In this document: piece after piece, positions 1 through 53,400 of the stretch
How positions within the stretch are numbered: position 1 is the stretch's first letter
Layout of the letters: each line of letters begins with the position of its first letter
Source of the DNA: Tubiluchus corallicola
Lineage: Eukaryota > Animalia > Priapulida
Direction of reading: 5' to 3'
DNA length: 64,000 bases
Assembly (NCBI GenBank): GCA_030141605.1
Contig: JAQGDQ010000535.1
Location: forward strand, 85,762-149,761
Notes under the pieces: generated by a model
What the model saw: only the letters and a program-made list of their open reading frames with translations
The model's database searches: none
Told to the model about the DNA's origin: nothing
Translations under genes and position numbers: made by a program

Positions 1-415
1 GTTAACTATTTTAAAGTAATATACAGTATAGTATATAGTGCAATGTATATAGGCCTTATAAAGGTGATTATTCCTGTATAATATAGACTATATATAGGCA
101 TATCGGATAAGATGGACGTCATCCGTGGTAAAGGAAACTGACTGACTTTCGTCCGAGCCGGAGCGCTAAACACAACACGGCCTACCAACTGTACAATAAT
201 TTCTGTATCCTCACAGGCTAACTATTTTAAAGTAATATACAGTATAGTATATAGTGCACAGTATATAGTGCAATGTATATAGACCTTATTAAGGTGATTA
301 TTCCTGTATAATATAGACCATATATAGGCATATCGGATAAATCGGACAATCGGCTAAACCGGACCGCCCCCCGCCCCCCCCCCCAATTAGTCCAGTTTAA
401 CGAGGGTTGACTGTA
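1..415. mobile_element. End of a pogo/Tc1-type non-autonomous element with an internal direct repeat
   Basis: Ends ...TTTAACGAGGGTTGACTG-TA (CAGT terminus + TA); 1-110 is repeated at ~218-340. Confidence 0.55.
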
Positions 416-788
416 TGGTGTAAAAACGTGTATATCACTATGTATAAAAATATAGAATCAATTATGCGGAGTTATTTGAGTCAACTGCCGTCAGTTTTTA
501 TATACTTTTCCCCATAGGAGCGGCCTGCAACAGAGTCTAACACACGGGGGCCTACTGTATTACCTCAGTACATGTAAATGGGGACAATCGGCATATTCGG
601 AACGACGTCTCCCCGCTTTCGAGTGGCAAACCGAGATACGAGTATACTGTCATTTCAAATTTTGTACAATTTTCAATTTTCCGGAAATTTCAATTTTGTG
701 GAGCACTCCCTTCTAAACGATGCTGAGGTCTAAACTTCGGCACATCCTGTGTGCACCGCCTGATATAAACGTGTACGGAATACAATAC

Positions 789-35543
<34,755 letters not shown>

Positions 35544-37199
35544 CTAAATGAATTTACAGACGAACTTTGATAGAGAAATTAACTGATACCGGCAAAACGA
35601 AAAAATTCTTTGACAGTGATTCTTCACTTTTCACGTCGAAGAGATACAGCCTATAACAGTGCATCCGGGCCTTTACAACCAGACGTAACGAACGATAAAC
35701 CAATAATCGACAATCCATCGCTGCCAACAACCCGACACCAGTCCTGCGATTGTGTAGAAATTGCGTATTTTTCGTTTTCCTTTCTTTTTGTAAGATAACT
35801 TCCAAAAAACAAATTTGGAAGTAAATTAGAAAACGTTAAAATAAATAAATTATTTAAAAAGTTGTGAAAATACTAAAACTAATTCAGGATAAATTGTGTA
35901 CAGTATAAGATAAATTGTTTAGCATCGTTTCCAAGGTTGTAAGAGGAGCAATAAAGGTTAACTAAAGCTATGGCGTACAAATACTGAACAACATACGTAA
36001 TTAAAAATACTTATACAAATTTATAGAAAATCGGAAATTAAGTAAAATTGTGGATCAGATCAATATTAACTTCTTGATGGCATTATAAAATTTAAACGTT
36101 TTTACTCACATTTTGTATAACAGTAATTTCTAGTAATTCTAGTTTTAATCATTGTAAATTTTAATCGTATGTTTTTATGGTTTTCATGCTAAAATAAATA
36201 GTAATCAATCAATCAGCCAAAAGAATGAATAATGCCTGCTATTTTTTGTATTTAAATGCATAAAAATTCCGTTATTATCATTAAAATGCCCTGTACTTAA
36301 AATGGTGCTAACTGTAAAAACTAAGTCTGTTTTGACTGAAACTTATTAATAAATACTTAAAAAACTATTAGCATTAGTTTAATCATTCTTTCAAGCTTCT
36401 AGCATACGTTTTGCCCAAAGCTTGATTTTTTACAGTGCTACAAAACAGGCAATTATAATTATAATTATAATTATTACAATTGTAAGACAATTATAATCAC
36501 AACTATAACAGTAAGGTAAGTAATTATTGCTTTTAGGTATTTGATCATTTTTATAGAAAGAAAATAACAGCTTGGAATGCACTAAGGCAAAAAAAACGCC
36601 AAGATTATAAAATTATACGCTCTTTAACCGCAAAATTGAGACCTAAATGCACAAAGACAGAACTTTTTATTCTCAAAGACTGGGACCTATATTAAAATCG
36701 AACCTATATGAGTTTTAAACGTACATGTAGAACATTTTCTCTTCAAATACCGTGACATATGTGTTACGTCTTATCTCAACATCTCCTATATAGCTGCTTA
36801 GCTGTACGTTCTTCCTATCTGGTTTCTCTGTAAAAGCACACAATCCTAACACACTGCAAACAGTTGCGGTGCGCATATCTATATCAAATTAGGGGTTCGT
36901 AAAAGATAAGAGGGACATAATCTGTTTGTTTTTGATGCTCTCAGCGAACATTTGAAGTTTGGTGAGAGCGCATGCATGATCAAAAATCGTCATTTTTTTA
37001 AATATTAATTAGCAAACTGCAAAAAACTTGTTGTTGAAACTTGAAAGTTGATTTTGTTCACTCCGCAAGGCGCAAAAGACACTTCACTGAGTTTCGTTCA
37101 AGTCGTTTTGAAGACATTCGATACGTTTGAATTTTTTAACGCTTAGTCAGTAATTTGGTTAACAACAAAAGTGTTTTTACAAAAAAAACGTAGTCGTAG

Positions 37200-37500
37200 G
37201 CTTTCTTCTTGTTCAGGGTCTCATTCCACCTACTGTAGGCATTGAGGTATCAACATTTATCAGAGCATTCCACCCACTTCTATCTACAGCTAACAGCGTA
37301 AGTTCTTCTGCTCCTAAAGACAAATTTGGTTGGAGTTGTTGAACATCTTTATTTATTTTAGCTATCCAAGTTGTTTCTGGTTTGCTAGGTGGTTTTTGCA
37401 AGGTTTTAATGCTTCCTTTAAGGCGATTCTTACGGTGCTTTACTTGGTAATCTTAGATGTCCTTGCCATTTTAATATTCATATCTTGACTAGCGAAATTT
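37200..37500 (-). mobile_element. Old RTE-like LINE 3' remnant
   Basis: Peptide KPETTWIAKINKD...LAVDRSGW resembles the RTE C-terminus; a similar remnant lies at ~25710-25930. Confidence 0.5.
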
Positions 37501-37769
37501 CTTTCGTTCTGTGGTATGAACTTTAGATTATGCTGTTCAAATGGTAAGGCGACAGCCTCGCCATCTATAAATCATAATTGTAACTAACGAAAGTATATAG
37601 TACGTAGTCACGTAGTACTATCAGAGAGTGTGATATCCGCTATTTTCATCAAACAGTGAGTAGCTATGACCTTTAGTGATGATGTTTCGTGAAGTGACTA
37701 CCTGAGATAAGACAGCAGGTGTGACACGGTTTCGTGACTTGGCTGTACGCGAGTAAATAAAATGCGTGA

Positions 37770-37939
37770 GCCAATCGTGGCTACTGAACTTCTTGTATGC
37801 AAAAATGTCCCGCACAAATTGTCCAGAACAGTCCGACATTTGGTCACCGCGTGGAGGAGAAAACGGGACGATTAGAATTTTAACCTGTTCCTGATAGAAT
37901 TTGTTAGTTGAGACATTCTGCATAACAATTATTTTCAAG
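37770..37939 (+). promoter_or_regulatory. Candidate promoter and non-coding first exon of the sulfotransferase
   Basis: CpG-richer patch with CCAAT at ~37771, ending in a consensus donor CAAG|GTAAGT at 37939/37940. The SULT ATG directly follows an acceptor (TTTCCTAG|ATG, 39526), implying an upstream UTR exon. Confidence 0.45.
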
Positions 37940-37944
37940 GTAAG

Positions 37945-38452
37945 TTAGTTTAAACATAATTTATTTAGGATTGGATCAGACAGTTTGTACAACATGATTT
38001 AGGATCCTCACCACAACAGACTTTATACACTATTTACAAGAACATTTACAGTAAAAATAGACTATACTTAGTTTTTAGTATACTTTAGTATACTAAAGTT
38101 TTACTACAGTGATAATTTAGACATTAGTAGCAAATGACGGCTAGTAAATATTAATGTACGATTATTTAAGAATGATGCATTTTATATCAGATAGAAACTA
38201 CTGGAAGCGTTTAGTACATAATATAAAGTCATCTATACATTGGAATATTTTACAGTTAGTAACATAGTTAAATTCATCTTTACCGAATAATAACAACTTC
38301 AACAGATCATTATTTCCTAAGACAGCTATATTAAGGTTTTCGGGCAGAAGTATTTCATTTAATTTATCAAACATAACAACCCTAGCTAGTTGATACAATG
38401 GGCAGTGCAACAAAAAGTGTTCAACAGACTCAAATCGAAATGTTATATGCAA
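37945..38452 (-). mobile_element. LINE 3' remnant with part of a C-terminal zinc-knuckle motif
   Basis: ESVEHFLLHCPLY...R...LLFG...IFQCIDDFILCTKRF-stop plus 3' UTR; second copy at 28235-28521. Confidence 0.7.
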
Positions 38453-39247
38453 AAACGTAAAAATAGCGTGACTTAGTTAAGCTCATATCAATTTCAATCA
38501 TGTATTTGGGTGAAGAATTTGGAAAAATGTAGAAAAAGTTCTTTTTAATTTAAAGGAAAGACCAAGCCTGCTAGGCTTTTTTTAATGTTTGCGAAAAGTG
38601 TTAGAAAAATTTAATAAGAAAAGTGCGATAAATGGGTCGTGTAGGCCTAATTAGTAAAATCAGTTTCACTCTTGGGGGTGCTCATTTTGAACAGCCACTC
38701 TTCTGCCAATGACGTCATTAATCTACTGAAGAAAAAGCAATGCACTGTTTATTACCTTCAACAGTAGGATAAGTTTTTACAAAAAATTAGATAGCTAATT
38801 TGGTGATATTTTTGCATGAACATTAGGTGAGCTGCAAAAGTGCAAAAGTCTGAATTAGTTTAAGCAGCACGCACTTACGGAAACCCACGATGCGCTTACG
38901 AAAGGCCACGAAGTCAAACACGAAATCAACAAAGAGCCTGACAATTTCTGCACAAATCACCTTTACAGATATCTTTATAAACTGTTTTCTGCACATTTTT
39001 TACGGTATTTTTTTCAGTTTAAGTAATAGCAGTAAAATAAATCCAACATGCTAAATGTCTTGTTCTGTCCTTTAATAGGCCAACGGATTGGCTCGGAAAT
39101 TGGATTTTCTGGGCCACCTGTTGTGCTCATTATTAAACAACTTACGAAATTTATTCTGTATATTATTAAAAAAAACTTTAATGTTATTACTATCTTAAAA
39201 ATTTATGATAATCAAAGTGCCAAAAGTTAGAATCGATCCTAGGGCAG

Positions 39248-39321
39248 TCTCTCTCTCTTTTCTCTCTCTCTCTCTCTCTCTCTCTTTCTGTCACTCACTC
39301 ACTCTCTGTCTGTCTCTTCCG

Positions 39322-39370
<49 letters not shown>

Positions 39371-39380
39371 CTCTTTCTTT
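39248..39380. repeat. Compound (CT)n tract
   Basis: Directly visible; same flank and interruptions as 42271-42645. Confidence 0.9.
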
Positions 39381-39525
39381 CTTCTATCTTGTAAATGGCA
39401 GATAAAAGTGTCTGTAAACCATCCATTTACTAAAACAGCTATACTTAACCTCAGTGGCCTTGCGATTACTGTTTGTTGGTGTCAAACTCTACCTGCTGTT
39501 TATCAACTATGGGTTGATTTCCTAG

Positions 39526-46232
<6,707 letters not shown>

Positions 46233-46594
46233 GAGTATCGAACAATGGAAGCTGCGAAGTGGGAATATTTATTTGACACAGTGATGTAAAAAATATAGAG
46301 TTACTTTTATAAGTTTCTTTTAAATCTTATACTCTATTTGCACGTTAAATAAATTTAGTTTAAAAAAAACTAGACTTGAACAAGAAAATTATCGAAGTGA
46401 GAGTATCGTGTCTAGTAGTAAAGCATAGGTAACTAAGAAATCGTTATTAATACAGATATGAACGCTAGCACACCACAAGCAGATATCGATGCCAGTGCTA
46501 TATAATGTGTTTTTGCTCAATGTTTTATTTACTTGATTCTACGGAAATGTGTTTCATTATACGGCAAAAAAACAATAAATTTCATGGACATTAT

Positions 46595-46631
46595 TGCCTA
46601 CCGGTTTCGAAAACTGTTCATTATCAAGGCA
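46595..46631 (-). ncRNA. Minimal type I hammerhead ribozyme-like motif (Penelope-like element terminal remnant)
   Basis: Minus strand UGCC-UUGAUAA-U-GAA(CAGUU)UUC-GAAA-C-CG-G-UA-GGCA: stem I UGCC/GGCA, core with U3/A8 co-variation, 3-bp stem II, palindromic ACCGGU stem III. Confidence 0.5.
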
Positions 46632-47067
46632 TCTAAAACAATGCACAGTTTTGTTCGAAAATGGTCGGTAATAAATTGCATTGTGACGTAGTTACGTTCA
46701 TCTGCCAAATATGGATAATTCAATAAATATTATACTGAACTTTCATTTATTGTCAATTTATATAAGTTTTTTGTATTAAGATTATCCTGAATAAATATAT
46801 TGTAGAACATTGAATTCTATCCTATGAATAATTACCAGGAATTTGTTTAGGATAACAGACCACAAAACTGTTGCAATTTGTATCATTCGTTCATGTCAAG
46901 CTGATTTTTTGCAATATCGAAAAGTAATTTAATTGGTGACAGTTTCCCATCTTTTCTGGGAAACAGGCACTCGAGCTCTCTCCTGTGAAAAAATGAAAAA
47001 GGAAGTTTGACGTTCTGAATTACCAAAGAGAGTGGAGAAAAAAGAGACTGCTAAAATAGAATAGGAA

Positions 47068-47826
47068 AAGTCTAAGTATAAAATAAACTAATCTAAAATA
47101 GAAAAATTTTGGCATAAGGCAAAAATAGAAAAGTAAGCAAGTCTAAGTATAAAATAAACTAATCTAAAATAGAAAAATTTTGGCATAAGGCAAAAATAGA
47201 AACGTAAGCAAGTTTAAGTATAAGATAAACTAATCTAAAATAGAACAATTTTAGCACAAGGCAAAAATGGAAACGTAAGCAAGTTTAAGTATAAGATAAA
47301 CTAACCTAAAATAGAAAAATTTTGGCATAAGGCAAAAATAGAAGCGTAAGCAAGTTTAAGTATAAAATAAACTAATCTAAAATAGAAAAATTTTGGCACA
47401 AGGCAAAAATGGAAACGTAAGCAAGTCTAAGTATAAAATAAACTAATCTAAAATAGAACAATTTTAGCACAAGGCAAAAACAGAAACGTAAGCAAGTTTA
47501 AGTATAAGATAAACTAATCTAAAATAGAAAAATTTTGGCACAAGGCAAAAATGGAAACGTAAGCAAGTCTAAGTATAAGATAAACTAATCTAAAATAGAA
47601 AAATTTTGGCACAAGGCAAAAATAGAAGCGTAAGCAAGTTCAAGTATAAGATAAACTAATCTAAAATAGAAAAATTTTGGCACAAGGCAAAAATGGAAGC
47701 GTAAGCAAGTTTAAGTATAAGATAAACTAATCTAAAATAGAAAAATTTTGGCATAAGGCAAAAATAGAAGCGTAAGCAAGTTTAAGTATAAGATAAACTA
47801 ATCTAAAATAGGAAAATTTTGGCACA
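47068..47826. repeat. 71-bp minisatellite, ~10-11 copies
   Basis: Unit AAGTCTAAGTATAAAATAAACTAATCTAAAATAGAAAAATTTTGGCATAAGGCAAAAATAGAAACGTAAGC, followed by (CA)n. Confidence 0.95.
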
Positions 47827-48386
47827 TGCATACACACACACACACACACACACACGCACGCGCGCATGCACGCACGCACACACACACACACAAAAGAGAA
47901 AAATAGAAACAGAACATCTACTGCGACATTCTGAAATCTGTGACCGAAGCGCTTGAATGAAATACAGCTACGCCACTAGTACACCACAAGCAATTATCGA
48001 AGCTGAAGGTATACAAGGACCTGCACGTTTGAAGTGAAACTTAACGTGATTCTGCGGCGTTTAGGATATTTTTATCACCGCCGGTTGTACAAAGCAATCG
48101 CGCGGCAAGAAGTCAACGAATTTTACGCGGATTTTCTAATTCTTGTTCACATTTTTGTGGAGGAAGATTTTATCATTAAAAGGAAAGTTTTCGCGCAAAA
48201 ATGATAGGGTGACTAATTGGCGTGCTCTGCTGTCTCAGGAATGACCTGGAATAAAAACTGCTACTTATTAAATTTGTCAATTTTTTTAAATTCTAATGGA
48301 ACATCATTTACTTTGCCCTATTTTAATCATTAAGGTTGAGTTAATACATATATACATACACACACACACATATATATATATACATA

Positions 48387-48905
48387 CACAGAAACACTGT
48401 CAACAGAGGTTAATACCACTGAATGTTTTATTGTAACGTAATCAGTACATTATGTGACATAATGTACTGATTACGTTACAATAAAGCATTCAATTCAATG
48501 GGATACGTGGGACATTTATGTACTGATTAGAGTCTGATTACGTTACAATAAAGCATTCAGTGGTATTAACCTCTGTTAACAGTGTTTCTGTGACAACAAC
48601 AAGGTACAAAATATAACGGAATCAACCAAAAAATGTAATAAATAATCCGAAAGTTTGATATCTTTCGAACAACAAGGTGTATATATATATATATTATATT
48701 ATGTAAATAGATTTCATATAATACATTATAATACCACTGAATGCTTTATTGTAACGTAATCAGACTCTAATCAGTACATAAATGTCCCAGGTATCCCATT
48801 GAATTGAATGCTTTATTGTAACGTAATCAGTACATTATTTATGTACTGATTACGTTACAATAAAACATTCAGTGGTATTAACCTCTGTTGACAGTGTTTC
48901 TGTGA
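48387..48905. repeat. Two inverted copies of a ~200-bp nested palindrome (foldback element)
   Basis: CACAGAAACACTGTCAACAGAGGTTAATACCACTGAATG ... CATTCAGTGGTATTAACCTCTGTTAACAGTGTTTCTGTG at 48387-48592; second copy at 48731-48905. Confidence 0.85.
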
Positions 48906-50488
48906 CTACATCATTAACCTGACTGTTCAGAGCTCAGGTGAGAAAAACAGACAGGTGATAGCGGGTAACAAACCGAAAAACAGGCCAAAACCAAAAGCTT
49001 TACATTCCAGCCACAGATGGCGCCTCGTGCACGAATTTGTAAACAAGATTTACAAAAAAATACCCAAGTCTGCTATACTTGTATTATTATTTCAGACTTT
49101 TTTATTATTTTTATTATTTTATTTTATTTCAGACATTTGCAGTCCAGTGCATGTATTTATTTATGTTGAATAAAAATAAGGCACAAGTAAAAACACGAAG
49201 TTATTTTATATAGCAACATAGTAAATTTACATACAAGAAAGGGTTAGTTAGAATGGGTAAATAAAATTCTTTGCCACGACTTAAAAATGTTCAATCTAAA
49301 CATTGTATCAGTATTGTACAGCAAGTTATTAATAACAGTATTCTGACTCAAAAACAGCCTACTTCTGAGACTAAGCACAGCTTTCCAACATCTGCATGAA
49401 AAACTTGGTACATTGTAGCTAACATACAATTGCCTTGCACTACAGTGACTAGGAAGATTAAAGAGTCCTCTAGTGGCATAATTGTAAATTATTCGCGTTG
49501 TTTCAGCATTTGTCTATCGTGATTAAAACAGAGACTATTGTTGCAATAAAACAGTGTACAAAGTGCTACAAAAGTCTTCACTTAACATCAACAGAATACA
49601 GACTAAAGTTCGTTATATTGCAGAATCCACAGAACGCCACCAAAGTGGAATTTAATGTTTATTTTTGAATATTAATAAATAAATTATGAATATCAATAGA
49701 TTAATTTTGAATATTCGTAAATAGTTTTTGGATATTAATAAATCAATTTTCAACATTCATAATTTATTTATTAATATTAATAAATCACTTTTGAACATTA
49801 AAACGAATCACGCATTTATTAATGTTAAAAAATCATTTATTAATGTTCATATTTAATTTATTAATATCCATAATTGTTTTTGTTAGTATTAAAACTAAGC
49901 ATTAAATTCACAGTTCCAGGCTTCCAGTGATTGGTGATGATCGTGAAAAGGTCAAAAATAAGTGCACCAGACAACACATTTGTGGACACTTAGCAATTGG
50001 CGTCAAACATATTGGTGTATCACTCTACCTCCGCTGTGACGTAAGCACGCTCAGCAGCATTCGGGACAACAGTCACGCAAGAACAACAACTGTCAAAGTT
50101 AAACTAAACTAAACTAAACAACATGACAGTTACTACTAACATCTAGTCAGCAGATAAACTGATTGCACTTTTTCATAAACACAAATTTGCAGAGCAGCAG
50201 CTATTTTTAAACTAAATTAACTCTTCAACTAGCCAATAATATCACTTTTTAATTTAAAGAGAATGCAGAGATGAATTTTGAAAACACTACAAAAGACAGA
50301 GACATAAGTGTAATAAAGAAACCAAGCCAGATAGCTTTGCTTTACAATAAATGAGCAATAAAAATATTAAGTCTCTCTCTCGCCTTTAATCAAACGAACA
50401 TCAAGCCTGCGATGTATTTTTCTATATTAATTAATCATGTGCTCGTCTGCAAGATTTATTAAGTTTTTGAATTTTTTCGTTTGCCAGG

Positions 50489-53400
50489 CTACGGAAATGG
50501 AATAAATTGTTCTTGTTCGTGTCCTTGTTCCTGTTCGTTTGGATTAAACTGCAATTTCTCCATTTTCTGTAACATAGACATATTTTTGTTAAAAAAACAA
50601 AGATTTTTCAAACAATATGGAAAATTATTCTTCATTTCATTTTTTGCATAACATAACATGTATGAAACCAAACATGTTATTCAGAAAACTTTAGACTTAA
50701 ATAGTTTTAGATATTTTGATAATAACCTTACCTTAGACCTTAGTCCTTCCTGCGCATTGATGCACATTGGGCAGACAGCATTTTCCACTGAGTTCTATCG
50801 GCGGCTTCGTTCTCTACGTTTTCCCAACGTATGTTGACAGCTCGAAGGTCTTCTTTGAAGGATCTGCGCCACGTTGTTTTTGGCCGACCTCTTTTTCGTT
50901 TCCCACCAGGTGGTTCCCACTGTACTGCTGTTTTGGCGTAACGACTTTCTGATAGACTGAGAATATGTCCAGCCAGTTTCATTCTTCTCTCTGTAACTAT
51001 ATCTTGTAACCGCAATGACTGCGCTCGTTGAAGAACTTCTACATTGGTGACATGGTCGCGGTAGGAGATTTTTAGTATCTTTCGAAGGCATTTTTGGTGG
51101 AAGACGTTCAGTTTCTTTGATAACTCCGCTGTGACTTTCCAGGTTTCGCTGGCATAGAGAGCCGTTGGCAGCACAATGGCGTTGTACAGACGAAGTTTGA
51201 TTTTCATGTCAATTTTCTTGCTTGTCCAGATTTTCCCCATCTTCCTAAATACTGCTGTTGCTTTGCCGATTCTCCCCCTGATGTCATTTTCTGTACCTCC
51301 ATTACAGGTCATCACACTGCCCAGATATGAAAAACTGGTAACGTTCTTAACCATTTGGCCTCCCACTGTTATATGTACATCATTCTGTTGGTTTGTCCAC
51401 ACTTTCAAAACTTTGGTCTTTTCTTGACTAATTCTCAATCCAATTTTTCCCGCTACTTTTTCCATACTTGTGGTCAGTTGTTGCAGGCTTTCTTTTGATG
51501 TTTCCAGAAGAGCAATATCGTCAGCAAAGTCCAGATCTGCCAATCGTTGTTGTTGTTTCCATTGCATTCCTAGATCTTTACCATCAACCGCCTTCTTCAT
51601 GATGAAATCAATCGTCAGTAGGAACAGGAATGGCGACATAATGCAACCCTGCTTAACTCCAGTTTCGATGGTGAAATACTCGGTGTTTCCCTCTTGTGTT
51701 CTTATACAACAGCCGCTGTTTTGGTAAAAGTTCTGGATGGTTGAAATGAATTTCTGTGGGATACCATACAGAGAAGCAATTTTCCATAGAGACTGCCTGT
51801 GAACAGAGTCAAAAGCCTTCTTGAAATCAATAAAATTGATTAATAAGGGCTGTTGGAATTCCATACATTGCTCAATGATGTTTCTGAGAGTGAATATCTG
51901 TTCACAGCATGATCTTCCTTTTCTAAATCCAGCTTGTTGTTCTCTTAGTCTTATATCAACAGCATCTCTCAACCGATCTAGCAGCACTATACTCAGGACT
52001 TTTCCAGGTATTGACATCAGAGTTATTCCTCTCCAATTATTGCAATCTGCCAGGTTCCCTTTTTTAGGCAACTTCACGATGACTCCATTTCTCCAATCTT
52101 CGGGGACCTTTTGTTGTTCCCAGCAGCTGTTCAGGAGCTTTGTCATTGATCGTGTTATCCCTTTATTACCGTGTTTCAGGAGCTCAGCTGTTATTTGGTC
52201 CTCTCCAGCTGCTTTGTTGTTCTTTAGTTTTTTGATGGCAGTTTCGACTTCCAGTTCACTGATGTTGTCCAATCTTACATCTAGCTGTTGTTGTCCAATT
52301 TCATTCTCAAAATTGAATAATGTTGTTGGGTTTGGCTGGTTGAGAACTTTCTTGAAGTGTTCCACCCATCGTGCGTTTTGCTGTTCTGTTGTTGTGAGAG
52401 TCACACCACTTTTGTTCTTGATTGGCACAGCTGGGGTGCCTCCTGTTCCCGTTAGATCTTTAACAATTCTGTAGAGAGTCTTGGTATCATTATGGCTGGC
52501 TGCTAACTGTGCTTCTTCACCCTTCTTTTCAAACCATTCGTTCTTGTCCCTCCTGCAACGTCTTTTTACTGCTCTATCTGCCAGTTGGTACTGCTCATTG
52601 GCTTGACTCCTGCTTTCTGGTGTTTTTGCTTGGTCTCTCATTTGCTTAGTCTTCTTTCTTTCATCAATTAATTCCCAAGTTTTTTTCTTGTATCCACATT
52701 TCTTTTCTGTTACCCCTTCTTCTGCCGATCTGTTCATCTGCAACTGCTGTTACTGCTTCTTTGAATATTTTCCACTGTTCTTCAATATCGTTGGCTTGTA
52801 GTAGTGGTTCAAATTTGTTGCTAAGTGCAAGTTCAAAACTCCTTGCTTTTTGTTGGTCTTTCAGGTTTTCAACCGCAAAAGGTCTTGTGATTTTTGGCTT
52901 TTGTATCTTTTTCAGTTTGAGCTGCACTTTTCCTTGAACTAGGTGGTGGTCAGAGCCCACATCAGCTCCACGACATACTTTCACATCTTTCAGTGCTGAT
53001 CTCCATCTCTTGCTGATACAGATGTAGTCGATTTCGTTCTGTGTATTTCCATCTGGTGACCTCCATGTCTTCTTGTGGATGGTTTTGTGGGCAAAATAAG
53101 TATTTCCAATACACAGTCCATTTAAATTGCACAACATCAGGAGCCGTTCACCATTGTTGTTTGTTTCTTGAGCTGATCCATGTGGCACGATTACATGCTC
53201 CAATCCATGTCTGTTGTTGTCAATCTTTGCATTCATATCACCCATGAGGAGAATGATGTCATGGCTGGGGATGTCTTTCAGCACATCTTGACATTGTTGG
53301 TAGAAATCATCTTTAACTTGTTCATCTGTATCTTCAGTTGGTGCGTAAATGCAAACAATAGTTGTTTTCGCATGCCTTGACTGTATTCGGGCAGTTATTA

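Noticed and set aside
49350-49392. Alternative terminal exon for the orphan gene (TTCATGCAG|ATGTTGG...)
   Set aside because: Possible, but supported only by an acceptor-like sequence; the 50566 exon is nearer and has an adjacent AATAAA.
52678-52688. A-AAA-AAC slippery heptamer at the RTE frameshift, suggesting programmed -1 frameshifting
   Set aside because: The -1 frame hits TAA within three codons; the RT frame needs +1, and RTE elements normally have one continuous ORF.
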